This document shows, piece after piece, positions 1 through 10,031 of a stretch of 64,000 nucleotides of DNA. Under the pieces are notes generated by a model. It worked only from the letters and a program-made list of their open reading frames with translations. It searched no databases and had not been told where the DNA came from. The DNA is taken from the NCBI GenBank assembly GCA_050730755.1, contig JBOHNR010000008.1, forward strand, positions 79,968 to 143,967. The letters are read 5' to 3'. The DNA comes from Candidatus Saccharimonadales bacterium (GTDB taxonomy: Bacteria; Patescibacteriota; Saccharimonadia; Saccharimonadales; UBA4665). How positions within the stretch are numbered: the stretch's first letter is position 1; each line of letters opens with the position of its first letter. The position numbers and the translations under genes are program-made.

Positions 1-596
1 GTAACCCGCACCAGATTGTTAGTTTTGCTTATCCGGCTCTTCAGCATTTGCCATGGATGGTTCATTTGTCACACAATATTCATGATTTTGATGCTACCTT
101 GTTTGGTGTCGTCAACTTGACTCGTGTCGCAGTCGGCAGTCCGGGCATTTATCTACCAGCCATGGCTCTGGCTCTTGGTAGTGCTGTTGTCCAATATTTC
201 CAAAGTAAGCAGCTGTTGGTAACAGATAAAAATATGCGAAAATTACGCGATATCTTAAGAGACGCCAGCAGCGGTAAGCAGGCCGACCAGTCTGAGATAA
301 CCTCAGCCGTCAACGGTTCAACCAGATATTTCATTCCAGTCTTAGTTTTTATCGTATATATTAGGCTGGCGTCGGCTTTAAGTCTTTATTGGTTTGTTGG
401 CGGCCTGATTGCTTACGGCCAACAATCATTAGCCTTACGGGAGGATGAGACTCAGCTCGAATCGCTGGCCGACGGAGTAAAGGAACGGGATGTCGACTCA
501 ATTCCCGAGGCTGAAGTAGTCGAAACTGAACCTAAAGCCCAAAATTTTTCGGTCAAAACAAAAAAGCAGAAGCGTAAGAAACGGAGGAGGAGATGA
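1..596 (+). CDS. yidC: Membrane protein insertase YidC/Oxa1 family, C-terminal part (5' end upstream of window)
   Basis: Reading frame is open from the window edge (no stop before the listed TTG at 48). Hydrophobic segments, SLYWFVGGLIAYGQQ motif and basic tail KKQKRKKRRRR. ATGA overlap with downstream jag matches the conserved yidC-jag synteny. Confidence 0.75.
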   Translation, partial: NPHQIVSFAYPALQHLPWMVHLSHNIHDFDATLFGVVNLTRVAVGSPGIYLPAMALALGSAVVQYFQSKQLLVTDKNMRKLRDILRDASSGKQADQSEITSAVNGSTRYFIPVLVFIVYIRLASALSLYWFVGGLIAYGQQSLALREDETQLESLADGVKERDVDSIPEAEVVETEPKAQNFSVKTKKQKRKKRRRR

Positions 597-1132
597 CTGT
601 TGGTAAAAATAAATCGAAAGTATCAAAAGACAAGCCTATTATTGACGACCCTAAGTTGGCGGAGGGCACTGAAGAGGATTTAGAGAAGGCGATCCAATTT
701 GCTAAAAAATACCTCGAAGATTTACTGTCATTTTTAGGCCTCAATACCGATGTCCATGCCAGCCACGACGATGACGTTATCCAACTAAATGTACCAACAT
801 CGCGCCTGAACGGTTTTCTAATTGGTCAGCATGGTGACAATATGCGCTCGATACAGTTCCTAGTTGGCAGTGTTTTGAAAAACCAAAACTATAACTATAG
901 CCGAGTAAACGTTGATATAGCTGGCTACAAACAACAGCGGGCGGATAGACTGGTTAGAATCGCCGAAGATTGGATTAAGCAAGTCAAAACTAGCGCTCAG
1001 CCGATGGAGTTAAGGCCTATGAATGCCTCTGATCGACGTATTATCCATAAAGTGGCCGGAGAAGCCGGCCTTTCTACCGAGTCGATCGATGAAGGGCGTG
1101 ACCGGCATATTATACTTAAACCTGCCGACTAA
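593..1132 (+). CDS. khpB: Jag/KhpB RNA-binding protein (KH-like + R3H domains)
   Basis: C-terminal R3H-type motif RRIIHKVAGEAGLSTESIDEGRDRHIILKP. Position directly after yidC with a 4-nt overlap. Confidence 0.75.
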   Translation: MTVGKNKSKVSKDKPIIDDPKLAEGTEEDLEKAIQFAKKYLEDLLSFLGLNTDVHASHDDDVIQLNVPTSRLNGFLIGQHGDNMRSIQFLVGSVLKNQNYNYSRVNVDIAGYKQQRADRLVRIAEDWIKQVKTSAQPMELRPMNASDRRIIHKVAGEAGLSTESIDEGRDRHIILKPAD

Positions 1133-1173
1133 AACATTTCAGCTTACTTAAGGCATTTGTATGTTATATAATA

Positions 1174-2271
1174 ATGATGCCAAAAAGCTTCCGAGCCATC
1201 AAAAACAAAAACGATCTAACTATGCAGCCCTACGCTTATACTCGATCTAGACAATCGCAGCAGCCAAACCGACGCCGGGTATCTTCTCAGCCTAGTAAGA
1301 GCCACCACGGCTTTATTATTGCTGTCGTTGTATTTCTGGCCGTTATTTGGTGCTTTGCCTTTTTAACGATTAAAGCGCATGCCGATTCGGCCGAAATCAA
1401 ATCAGGTCTTAACGGCTATTGCCTAGACGATTACGGAAATAATACCGCCGCTGGAGCGACTGTGGACGCCTGGGGCTGTAATGGTACCCAGGCCCAGGAT
1501 TGGTCTTTTAATGGTACGCTTGTTAAACACTCTGGCACTGAATGTCTAAGTGTTCAAAATAACGCCACCATTAAGGGCAGTCATGTTGTTCTTAACACTT
1601 GCAGTAATGCGCCGGGTCAGGTTTGGCTTAGAGATAGAGGTGGTTACGCTAACCCCAATAGTGATTTATGTCTTAACGTGCCGAACTCTCAATCAGGCGT
1701 ATCTCTAATAATTTCATCTTGTAACATTCTATCGCAGCCCAGTGAGCTGTGGACGCCCGTTACGGCCAATGGCACTAATCTTAGTGGCATGTCTTGTAAT
1801 CGTGGCACTGAGGGCCAAAGGGTTGCCTGCTACGCCGAAAAAGAGTGGACGATCTGGCAGTCTGGTTCACCGAGCCATGCGACACTTCTCAATCAGTACA
1901 GTGATGGCAACGGCTATGAAGAATGGTGTGCTGATTTTGTCAGCTATATCTATAGAGAAGCCGGCCATCCGTTTACACAAGGCGAACGTGGCAACAATGG
2001 TTGGGATGAATATAATGCCAACGACATCCAGTATATGGGCTTTACAGAACATAGCGCCGAAGGCTACAACCCGCAACCCGGCGACGTCGCTTACTTTGAT
2101 TATTCGGGTGGACATGTCGAGATAGTTGTCAGTGGCGGCCAGACACCGACATTTATTTATGGCGACTCCGGTCGAATAGACCCGGCTACTGGTAACGGCG
2201 AAATGGAAGCCAATACGATTACCAGTGACGGCAATCAGGGCCAAGTAATTTATTACCTTTCACCCAATTAA
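1174..2271 (+). CDS. Membrane-anchored ricin-type beta-trefoil lectin + CHAP-domain peptidoglycan hydrolase
   Basis: N-terminal TM anchor (FIIAVVVFLAVIWCFAFL). Ricin-B-like repeats (CLDDYGNN...VDAWGCNGTQAQDWSF, NTCSNAPGQVW, SSCN...SELW). C-terminal CHAP signature CADFVSYIYREAG ... GDVAYFDYSGGHVEIVV. True start may be the internal M at 1222. Confidence 0.65.
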   Translation: MMPKSFRAIKNKNDLTMQPYAYTRSRQSQQPNRRRVSSQPSKSHHGFIIAVVVFLAVIWCFAFLTIKAHADSAEIKSGLNGYCLDDYGNNTAAGATVDAWGCNGTQAQDWSFNGTLVKHSGTECLSVQNNATIKGSHVVLNTCSNAPGQVWLRDRGGYANPNSDLCLNVPNSQSGVSLIISSCNILSQPSELWTPVTANGTNLSGMSCNRGTEGQRVACYAEKEWTIWQSGSPSHATLLNQYSDGNGYEEWCADFVSYIYREAGHPFTQGERGNNGWDEYNANDIQYMGFTEHSAEGYNPQPGDVAYFDYSGGHVEIVVSGGQTPTFIYGDSGRIDPATGNGEMEANTITSDGNQGQVIYYLSPN

Positions 2272-3155
2272 TTAGTTTGAGATTTTTTGTCGCTCAGTTT
2301 TTGCCTGGCGTGAAGGCTTAAGGTAACTACTAAAATAATTAGCAGGAAAACTAAATAGACCGAGCGATCAATGACATTAGCCACTAAAATGTGGCCGCTA
2401 CTAATGTGATGCAAATGTTCGGTGAAGACTAAAAAGGCCTCTCTGATGCCAATGGCTCCAGGAGTTAACGCAACGAAGAGCGCCAAATCAGCGGCACCGG
2501 TGTAGGTTATAACTTGATGAAGGGCAATATGGGCCCTAGAACTACCGTGTAACTCAACAGCATAGATAATGATTTGGATAATAGCCTGCAAAATAACAGC
2601 CAGAACTAGGTAAGCAATATTTTTTAGACCAAAATTAAATTCAGCTATATGAAACTTAGAACGCCTAGCATATAACCTGGCAAGGACAATTCCAGCTACG
2701 ATCATTAAGATGCCAAGCGGTAGGGTATACCACCAAGGCTGGCTGCCAAGAGAGATTAGCATTAAGCTGATAATGCCGTAGATCAAGTAGTAAAGTAATG
2801 TGATGGCTATATAATTACGGACCTTTAGGCCATAGCACCTTTTTAAATAGTAACCCCTATAGACTGGACCGTTTTGACCCGGGATAAAGAAGTTTATGAG
2901 GAGAGTATAAGCATTGAGTAAGAAATTCTCCTGATTTTTTATCTTGGTGCTACATAGTCTCAGGTTAGCATCGAGTACGACTAGTAAAACTCCCAGCATA
3001 ACGACGTATAGCAACAGAACTACTATGATAACCCAAACTGGCGTATGGGCTAGCTGGGTTAGCAAGCTACGGTGTTTTATCAGGTAATAAACACCGAAAG
3101 ATAGAGCGGCTATTAGAAGCACAATACTAACGACTCGCCGCAGCGTTTTATTCAT
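2268..3155 (-). CDS. Flippase-like multi-pass membrane protein (LPG-synthase-TM / UPF0104 type)
   Basis: About 8 predicted TM helices and the LTPGAIGIREA motif typical of this family. Sits inside a glycosyltransferase cluster. Confidence 0.5.
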   Translation of the reverse strand: MNKTLRRVVSIVLLIAALSFGVYYLIKHRSLLTQLAHTPVWVIIVVLLLYVVMLGVLLVVLDANLRLCSTKIKNQENFLLNAYTLLINFFIPGQNGPVYRGYYLKRCYGLKVRNYIAITLLYYLIYGIISLMLISLGSQPWWYTLPLGILMIVAGIVLARLYARRSKFHIAEFNFGLKNIAYLVLAVILQAIIQIIIYAVELHGSSRAHIALHQVITYTGAADLALFVALTPGAIGIREAFLVFTEHLHHISSGHILVANVIDRSVYLVFLLIILVVTLSLHARQKLSDKKSQTN

Positions 3156-3251
3156 TTTGATTTAACTTTACAGACCTCATGACCATTAGTCTATAATTTA
3201 TGACAGATTGATTCAGCTTAGATACAGTAATAGGATATTAATATAACATTC

Positions 3252-4784
3252 ATGGCGAGGATTGCAGCCGGTAAGATTTGGGCAATACTGAGTAGCCGAC
3301 GTTTTTACCTATTAATTTTAGGTTTTTTCGTCTTTGAGTCAGCCTGGATTGCCCTGTCGGCCGTTTACCCCCAAGCTTTCGATGAGGACTTCCATTTTGG
3401 CCTCATCAAGCTCTATTCTCACTACTGGCTGCCGTTTCTTGCCCACCAACCACCCGGGGGTGATGCCTTTGGAGCGGTAGCTCGCGACCCTTCGTACCTT
3501 TTTCACTACCTGATGAGCTTTCCTTACCGGTTGATAACACTCTTCACTCACAATCAAACGCTCCAGATAATTTTGCTTCGTTTTATCGATATTGTCTTCT
3601 TTGGCATCGGTTTAATTCTATTTCGTCGTATCTTACTTCGAGTTGGCGTTTCTCGGGCGCTGACTAACACGACACTTTTTTTGTTTACCCTTATCCCGGT
3701 CGTACCCCTAATTGCCGGTCAGATCAACTACGATAATTTACTTTTCCCGCTGGTCGCCTGGAGCTGTCTGCTAACTTTTCAAGTTATAGATGAAATTAGA
3801 CAAAAGAAACCGTCGGCCAAAAGTTTAATCATATTAATCACTGTTTGTTTGCTGACTAGCCTAGTAAAGTACGCTTTCCTACCGATTTTTGCGGCCATTT
3901 TTCTGTTTGTACTCTATTTGATATTTCGAAATTACCGATCTCAGTTTAAAAAATTCTGGCAAGAACTTTTGGATAGCTTTGGCCATCTGAACCTGTTTTC
4001 AAAGATAATCTTAATTTTAATACTCCTTCTTAGTCTTGGCATGTTTGCCGAGAGGGACGGCGTTAATCTTGTAACCTATCGTACTATCGCCCCGAATTGC
4101 AGCCAGGTCTTAAGCCTAAAACAATGCGACCAGAACAGTATTTTCTCAACCGATCTAGGGCGGCACCAAAAGGTCGTCGCCGATCCGGCCTTAGTTTCCC
4201 ACGACCCGATTACTTATGTCGGCCAGTGGTTATATTGGATGTGGTACCGCCTATTCTTTTCTATAAATGGTCCAACTAGTAACTATGTTAATTACCCGCC
4301 GCTACCGCTACCGGCTTTAGGCGGCGCCTTGATAGCTACCCTAGCTACCTTGGCTATCATTAGGTGGTATAAGCGTCTTTTTTATAAGAAACCTTATCTT
4401 TCGTTCCTGGCTCTAGCTAGCTTGATCTATATCTTGGCTCTTATCTTTGAAGGTTACGAGTACTACAAATACACCGGCGTTTTGGAACTAATGAACGGTC
4501 GTTATCTGTTGCCGGTACTGCTACTGCTGGGCGCTATGGCGGCACTGGCTTTTAGCTGGGCACTTCGTAACCGGATGACTTATAAACTAATTGCTGTCTT
4601 TGTAGCTTTTATTTTATTTATGCAAGGTGGTGGATTTTTGACGTTTATCGCTAGCAGTGACTCGACCTGGTACTGGCCTAACCAAACTGTCGTCAAGGCT
4701 AACGCTGCCGTTCGCCACGTGACTAACCATGTCGTCGTCAAAGGCAAAAAGACCCCCCCCAGCCAGTTTTGGATCATTCCGTAG
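3252..4784 (+). CDS. GT-C-fold-like polytopic membrane glycosyltransferase (ArnT/PMT/DUF2142-like)
   Basis: 510 aa with more than 10 hydrophobic helices. First-loop acidic motif AFDEDFHFGL resembles the DExxHF of the DUF2142 paralog at 18124. Confidence 0.45.
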   Translation: MARIAAGKIWAILSSRRFYLLILGFFVFESAWIALSAVYPQAFDEDFHFGLIKLYSHYWLPFLAHQPPGGDAFGAVARDPSYLFHYLMSFPYRLITLFTHNQTLQIILLRFIDIVFFGIGLILFRRILLRVGVSRALTNTTLFLFTLIPVVPLIAGQINYDNLLFPLVAWSCLLTFQVIDEIRQKKPSAKSLIILITVCLLTSLVKYAFLPIFAAIFLFVLYLIFRNYRSQFKKFWQELLDSFGHLNLFSKIILILILLLSLGMFAERDGVNLVTYRTIAPNCSQVLSLKQCDQNSIFSTDLGRHQKVVADPALVSHDPITYVGQWLYWMWYRLFFSINGPTSNYVNYPPLPLPALGGALIATLATLAIIRWYKRLFYKKPYLSFLALASLIYILALIFEGYEYYKYTGVLELMNGRYLLPVLLLLGAMAALAFSWALRNRMTYKLIAVFVAFILFMQGGGFLTFIASSDSTWYWPNQTVVKANAAVRHVTNHVVVKGKKTPPSQFWIIP

Positions 4785-5762
4785 GGTCGTGATAATTGAA
4801 TGATTAATTGGCTTATCGCTGTAGCGAGCGCGTCTTTGCTCTTCTAAAATGTCTTCAATCAGAGTCCGGTTTATCCGGATTAAGTTAGCCACCACACCGA
4901 GAGTAAACGAAATAAACGAGGCGTTTAGCAACACTGTGCCGACAATTAACGACTGCAAGTGATGACTGCCAAACGGCTGTTTGTCGATGACAATAATGTA
5001 CAAATAATGAATGAACGGAACTAGGCCACCGAGCAGCAGTATGACACCCAGCGTCAAAAAAACAGCGTAAGGCTTATACATGGTGTAGGCATTGAGCAGG
5101 GCAAAGATCGATTTTCTAATGTGTTCCCAAGAAGACTTAAATAGTCTTGATTCACGGGTCTTGCGGTTGGTTTTAATCTTGATAGTAGCAATCGCTAAAC
5201 GTTTATAGCCGGCCTGGAGGTTAGTTTCCATGGCAAAATTAAAACGGCCGACCAAATTGAGCTTAATAGCTGCTTCTTTAGAGTAAGCCCTAAAGCCACT
5301 GGTACTATCTGGAATTTGGGTGCCGGAGGCCTTATTCGAAACGAAGGTGCCAAGTCTTTGGAGAAATTTCTTAGTAGCTGAAAAATGCTCGATAGTGTGT
5401 ACTTGGCGGTCGGCAATCACCGTATCGGCTTTGCCTTCGACGATTGGTCGTACTAGATCGTGTATACGCTCCTGGGGGTACTGATTATCTCCGTCAGTTA
5501 AGACAATAATATCGGCACCTAGCTCCAAAGCTCCCCTCATACCATCACGGAGCGACAGAGCCAGTCCGCGGTTTCTGGCGTGGTTTATGAAGTGTCTAAC
5601 GCCGTTGGCTTTGGCGACTTCAACCGTTTTATCGCTTGAGCCATCGTTAATGACCAAAATATCGATATCATCAATACCCGAAATTGCTCTCGGAATTGAT
5701 TTTAGGACTGTCGGTAACGTCTTTTCTTCATTAAGACAGGGGATTATGATCACTAATTTCAT
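4614..5762 (-). CDS. GT2 polyprenol-phosphate glycosyltransferase (DPM1/GtrB-like) with C-terminal TM helices
   Basis: IIIPCLNEE...INDGSSD...LTDGDNQ GT-A motifs and two C-terminal TM helices. The 3' 171 nt overlap the convergent ORF 3252..4784. Confidence 0.7.
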   Translation of the reverse strand: MKLVIIIPCLNEEKTLPTVLKSIPRAISGIDDIDILVINDGSSDKTVEVAKANGVRHFINHARNRGLALSLRDGMRGALELGADIIVLTDGDNQYPQERIHDLVRPIVEGKADTVIADRQVHTIEHFSATKKFLQRLGTFVSNKASGTQIPDSTSGFRAYSKEAAIKLNLVGRFNFAMETNLQAGYKRLAIATIKIKTNRKTRESRLFKSSWEHIRKSIFALLNAYTMYKPYAVFLTLGVILLLGGLVPFIHYLYIIVIDKQPFGSHHLQSLIVGTVLLNASFISFTLGVVANLIRINRTLIEDILEEQRRARYSDKPINHSIITTLRNDPKLAGGGLFAFDDDMVSHVANGSVSLDDSLVRPVPGRVTASDKRQKSTTLHK

Positions 5763-5887
5763 ATAATTTTACTTTCTCCGGCTTAATTCAAATACACCAC
5801 GAGCGACACTGAACTTAAGATCATTTAGCTGTGATAAGCCTGAATCATTACTCTTATTATACCCGCATATTTTATAGCCTTAGAAAG

Positions 5888-6994
5888 TTATGACGCTTCA
5901 CCTAAGATGTTCTTATAAATTGAGAGTGTCTGTTCGGCCATTCGTCGCCACGAGTATTTTTTAACTTGCGCCTGGCCTTCATTAATTAATTTTTCCCTCA
6001 GATTTGGTTTAGTTAAAACATCTGTAATAGCCTTGGTCATACTGTCGACATCAAGCGGATCAAAAAAGTAAGCGGCCTCGCCATAAATTTCTGGCAAACA
6101 GGTAGCATTGCTACTAACAACCGGCGCTCCATGAGCCATCGCTTCCAGCCCAGGTAGGCCAAAGCCTTCTGATAATGAAGGGAAAACATAGGCTGCCGTG
6201 TGTTCGTAGAGCCAGCGTAGTTGCCCGTCAGTCACAGAACCGGTGAAATAGACATCTTTTATACCTTCCTCCTCAACCTCGCTAGCATAGTGCTTATATA
6301 GGCTGTCGCGCTTACCGGCCAGCACTAAATTTAGCTCAGGCATATCTGTTTTGAGAACGGCAAAAGCCTCAATCAGGCGATCTAAATTCTTATGAGGGTT
6401 AGGCCGGCCGACGTACATAATAAACTTTTTATCAACCAGGCCAACAATTGGCTCCGGTTCGTCTACGAACTTTTTACCAGCTTCATAAGTAACAGTAATC
6501 TTGCGGCTATTTAAGCGCATTACTCTGGCCACGTCGTCTTTAACATATTCGCTACCGGTTATGATGACTTTTGATTTATGGGCAGCAATATAGTTGACCC
6601 ACCTATAAACTGATTGTTTAACCTGGAAGACCATGCGGTTCTTGGAAGGGTTATCAAAACGAAGTGTTGTCAGGTCGTGCATTGTAGTTACGACCTTACC
6701 TTGAAACAATATCGGTTGCTGGACCATGGCGAAGTGTACTAGATCAGGACTGAGCCGGACAAGCTGCCAAAGTAGCCCTATTTGCTCGGCAAAAGTGAAT
6801 TCTTTATAAGGGCAAGCAACTTTAGTAAATCGCTTACTAATCGGCTCCCAAGTTTCCATGTCTTTTGGTTTTAGTAGTACCACATAGCGATGAGATAAAT
6901 CGGTATCGATTTCTTGCAGGTAATGAAGCAGTCGTTCCATATACCGGCCGGTACTAGTCCGTAATTCTCTAGCATCAATTACTATTTTTTTCAT
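5888..6994 (-). CDS. Glycosyltransferase family 4 (GT-B, group 1)
   Basis: C-terminal EGFGLPGLEAMAHGAPVVSS motif (E-x7-E type). Confidence 0.75.
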   Translation of the reverse strand: MKKIVIDARELRTSTGRYMERLLHYLQEIDTDLSHRYVVLLKPKDMETWEPISKRFTKVACPYKEFTFAEQIGLLWQLVRLSPDLVHFAMVQQPILFQGKVVTTMHDLTTLRFDNPSKNRMVFQVKQSVYRWVNYIAAHKSKVIITGSEYVKDDVARVMRLNSRKITVTYEAGKKFVDEPEPIVGLVDKKFIMYVGRPNPHKNLDRLIEAFAVLKTDMPELNLVLAGKRDSLYKHYASEVEEEGIKDVYFTGSVTDGQLRWLYEHTAAYVFPSLSEGFGLPGLEAMAHGAPVVSSNATCLPEIYGEAAYFFDPLDVDSMTKAITDVLTKPNLREKLINEGQAQVKKYSWRRMAEQTLSIYKNILGEAS

Positions 6995-8006
6995 TTTTTC
7001 CTCTTATTTGCCACCACCAGGTGCGCAACTTACGTAAATTATAGGCGTTAGTTGGTAAATCGTGAGTCATCATACTCCAAATATAGTCATTGCCAACTGA
7101 TTTTTGGGACTGGATAAAGCGCCGTTGCCGCCATTTTTTAGGCATTTTACCTAGACAGGCAAGAAGGCCTTTAAAGGCTGCTAGACCATCACCCCGGCCA
7201 ACAGCCCGGCCAATAAATAAGCTATAGGCTAGTAAAAACCTTGGCCAGACTGTAGATAATAATCCGCCAGGCACGTTTCTAACTAACAGCCAGGGTAAAT
7301 TTTTAATCGTTTGAAAAGTCGTAAAACCTTTTATTTTACTACTGGTTGCCCCAATTTGATGGTAGGCAATGGCTCGAGGCGTATAACAAACCTTCCAACC
7401 GGTTAACTGGGCTCGGAAGCTTAGATCGACATCTTCATAATAGGCAAAGAAATCTTCATCGAAAAGGCCAACCTTTTCAAGCATTTTTACTCGGTATAAA
7501 CTGGCCCCGCCAGTGGCCGCAAATATATCGGTATTATCGTCATATTTCGTTGATACAAGTTCACCTCGCCCTCTTGGATAAGGTAACCCCCAGACGGTGT
7601 AGGTATCACCGGTGCTATCTAGGTATTTATTGTTGGCATCAACCAGCTTACAAGTCACGATACCAATATCAGCGCGATCATCGAGAACACTTACTAAGTT
7701 CTTAAGCCAATCTTTGTCAGCTACCGCATCGTTATTAAATAATCCGACGTAATCAAAATTATTACGGATTGCTTCGCGGATGCCGCAGTTTGCGCCACCA
7801 GCAAACCCCAAATTTGTTTGGTTAACGATTAATCTTAAGTCTGGGTAGCTTTTCTTTAAATATTCTAATGACCCGTCTGTTGAGCCATTTTCTACTACAA
7901 AAATAGTAGATTGAACGCTTTGAGCTAATAATGATTCCAGGCACGGCTTTAATGAATCTTTACCATTCCAATTGAGTACAATAACAGCTGTGCTTCGCAT
8001 CGACAT
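6975..8006 (-). CDS. Glycosyltransferase family 2 (rhamnosyltransferase-like)
   Basis: VIVLNWNG...GFAGGANCGI...FNNDAV...YYEDVDLSFR motifs. Confidence 0.75.
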   Translation of the reverse strand: MSMRSTAVIVLNWNGKDSLKPCLESLLAQSVQSTIFVVENGSTDGSLEYLKKSYPDLRLIVNQTNLGFAGGANCGIREAIRNNFDYVGLFNNDAVADKDWLKNLVSVLDDRADIGIVTCKLVDANNKYLDSTGDTYTVWGLPYPRGRGELVSTKYDDNTDIFAATGGASLYRVKMLEKVGLFDEDFFAYYEDVDLSFRAQLTGWKVCYTPRAIAYHQIGATSSKIKGFTTFQTIKNLPWLLVRNVPGGLLSTVWPRFLLAYSLFIGRAVGRGDGLAAFKGLLACLGKMPKKWRQRRFIQSQKSVGNDYIWSMMTHDLPTNAYNLRKLRTWWWQIRGKNEKNSN

Positions 8007-8040
8007 GAATCAATTCTTCTTCTATAATACCCTATAACAG

Positions 8041-8844
8041 ATGTTCAAACGCATATTTTCAAAGCGGAATCGCGTCCTGCTTGCCGAGCTGGTCCGTACT
8101 GATTTCAAGCTTCGTTATCAAGGATCAATTCTTGGTTATGCGTGGTCGTTACTGCGTCCATTGCTTATCTTTTTAATTCTGTATGTCGTCTTTGTGAAAT
8201 TCTTGAAGCTCGGCACGGGTGTACCTCATTACCCGGTTTATCTGTTATTTGGTATTGTCATCTGGAATTTTTTTGTTGAAATGACATCCCAGAGTTTAAC
8301 TTCTATAGTTTCACGCGGTGAGCTAATACGTAAGATCAGTATTCCACGCTGGATAATTATACTTTCTACTAGTATGGCTGCATTGATTAACCTGGGCCTT
8401 AACTTAATAGTGGTAACTGTCTTTATGTTTATAAACCACGTTGAATTACTTAATTCAACGATATTTTTGCCACTGATCTTACTCGAAGTTTATATATTAG
8501 CGCTGGGACTATCATTTCTTTTATCGGCTTTATTCGTCAAATTTCGTGATCTAAGCTATATCTGGGAGGTTATTCTACAGGCTGGCTTTTATTTAACACC
8601 AATACTTTACCCCTTGTCTAGAATCCCTGGTTTAACATTTCAAAAATTTATCATGATCAATCCCATGGCTCAAGCTATACAAGATGCACGGTACACAACT
8701 ATTACTCATTCCACGGTAACTGTTTATAGGTTATTTGGAAGCGAATATTATAAATTTATACCATTTGTTGTGGTTGTAGTAGTAGCTACTATTGGCGTTT
8801 TCTATTTTAGAAAACAATCCAAATATTTTGCGGAGGATATCTAG
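8041..8844 (+). CDS. wzm: ABC-2 type polysaccharide/teichoic-acid export permease (Wzm/TagG-like)
   Basis: 267 aa, 6 TM. N-terminal LVRTDFKLRYQGSILGYAWSLLRPL signature of ABC-2 glycan exporters. Confidence 0.8.
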   Translation: MFKRIFSKRNRVLLAELVRTDFKLRYQGSILGYAWSLLRPLLIFLILYVVFVKFLKLGTGVPHYPVYLLFGIVIWNFFVEMTSQSLTSIVSRGELIRKISIPRWIIILSTSMAALINLGLNLIVVTVFMFINHVELLNSTIFLPLILLEVYILALGLSFLLSALFVKFRDLSYIWEVILQAGFYLTPILYPLSRIPGLTFQKFIMINPMAQAIQDARYTTITHSTVTVYRLFGSEYYKFIPFVVVVVVATIGVFYFRKQSKYFAEDI

Positions 8845-8845
8845 A

Positions 8846-10027
8846 ATGGATAAAGACGTTGCCATTAAAGTCGAACATATCAGTAAAACTTTTAAGCTGC
8901 CACACGAAAAAGCTTCTTCTCTAAAAGGCGCTCTAATTGATTTCACTCGTCATAAAAAAGGTTACGAAAATCAACGAGTCCTCCAAGATATTTCCCTAGA
9001 AATAAAAAAAGGTGAATTTTTCGGTATAGTTGGCCGTAACGGCTCGGGTAAAAGCACCTTGCTAAAATTGTTAGCTGGTATCTATTTACCAAATAAAGGG
9101 GAGATCCATATAAATGGTAGATTAACGCCCTTTATCGAACTTGGTGTTGGTTTTAACCCGGAGTTGACTGGTAGAGAAAATGTATTTCTGAATGGTGCTC
9201 TTCTTGGATTTAATCGCCGAGAAATGAAAGCTATGTATCAAGATATTGTTGATTTTGCCGAGCTTGATAAATTTATGGACCAAAAGCTCAAGAATTATTC
9301 TTCAGGTATGCAGGTTAGACTAGCATTTTCGGTTGCCATTCGTGCCAATGCAGACATCCTACTTATTGACGAAGTACTAGCAGTAGGCGATCAAAGTTTT
9401 AAAGAAAAATGCCTAGATTATTTTGCCAAAATAAAGGATTCTGGTAAAACAATTGTTTTTGTAACGCACGATATGGATAATGTAGAACGTTTTTGCGGCC
9501 GAGTGTTTGTTCTGGATAAACAAGCAGGGATAAACGGATTATATTCAGTTCCAGAAGCGGTATCAATTTACAATGAACTTAATCATGAAAGTGCCACAAA
9601 CATCGATTTTGAAAAAAGGGAAAAAGGAGAGGTTTATATCAAAAAAATTCGTCTCCTCGGGAGCAATAGAAACGAACAAGCTATATTTATGCAAGGTAAG
9701 CAGCTTACCATTGAGATTCAAGTTGATAGTACTCTGGAAACTCCAGAAAAAATCACTGTTGGTCTTGCGTTTCATGACAAAGACAACATTAATCTCGCGG
9801 GTCCTAACAGCCGCGGTCATAGTTTCTCAACTGAAAATAAGAGTATCTTGTATACCATCAAGAAACTGCCATTTAATATTGGTGAGTATAATTTAACAGT
9901 TGCTCTACTAGACGGTAATTCAGCAAAGCAATATGACATTATAGATAGAGGAGTTAAGTTTTTTGTAAATACCCCAAAGGGCTACCTAGGGAAAGTGATT
10001 CCAGAAGATTCCTGGAAAATAAAATAA
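8846..10027 (+). CDS. wzt: ABC polysaccharide export ATP-binding protein with C-terminal Wzt_C-like domain
   Basis: Start taken at ATG 8846, with GGAGGA 8 nt upstream and 1 nt after the wzm stop. Walker A GRNGSGKST, signature YSSGMQVRL, Walker B ILLIDEVLAVGD. About 125 extra C-terminal residues (9647..10027) are beta-rich. Confidence 0.8.
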   Translation: MDKDVAIKVEHISKTFKLPHEKASSLKGALIDFTRHKKGYENQRVLQDISLEIKKGEFFGIVGRNGSGKSTLLKLLAGIYLPNKGEIHINGRLTPFIELGVGFNPELTGRENVFLNGALLGFNRREMKAMYQDIVDFAELDKFMDQKLKNYSSGMQVRLAFSVAIRANADILLIDEVLAVGDQSFKEKCLDYFAKIKDSGKTIVFVTHDMDNVERFCGRVFVLDKQAGINGLYSVPEAVSIYNELNHESATNIDFEKREKGEVYIKKIRLLGSNRNEQAIFMQGKQLTIEIQVDSTLETPEKITVGLAFHDKDNINLAGPNSRGHSFSTENKSILYTIKKLPFNIGEYNLTVALLDGNSAKQYDIIDRGVKFFVNTPKGYLGKVIPEDSWKIK

Positions 10028-10031
10028 GATT

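Noticed and set aside
1742-2244. Internal or antisense ORFs 1742..2125 (+) and 1867..2244 (-).
   Set aside because: They are nested in the CHAP-domain coding region in other frames and have no independent support. The same holds for the many other 60-130-aa nested ORFs in the track (for example 7346..7705, 9573..9896, 17416..17814 and 27822..28118).
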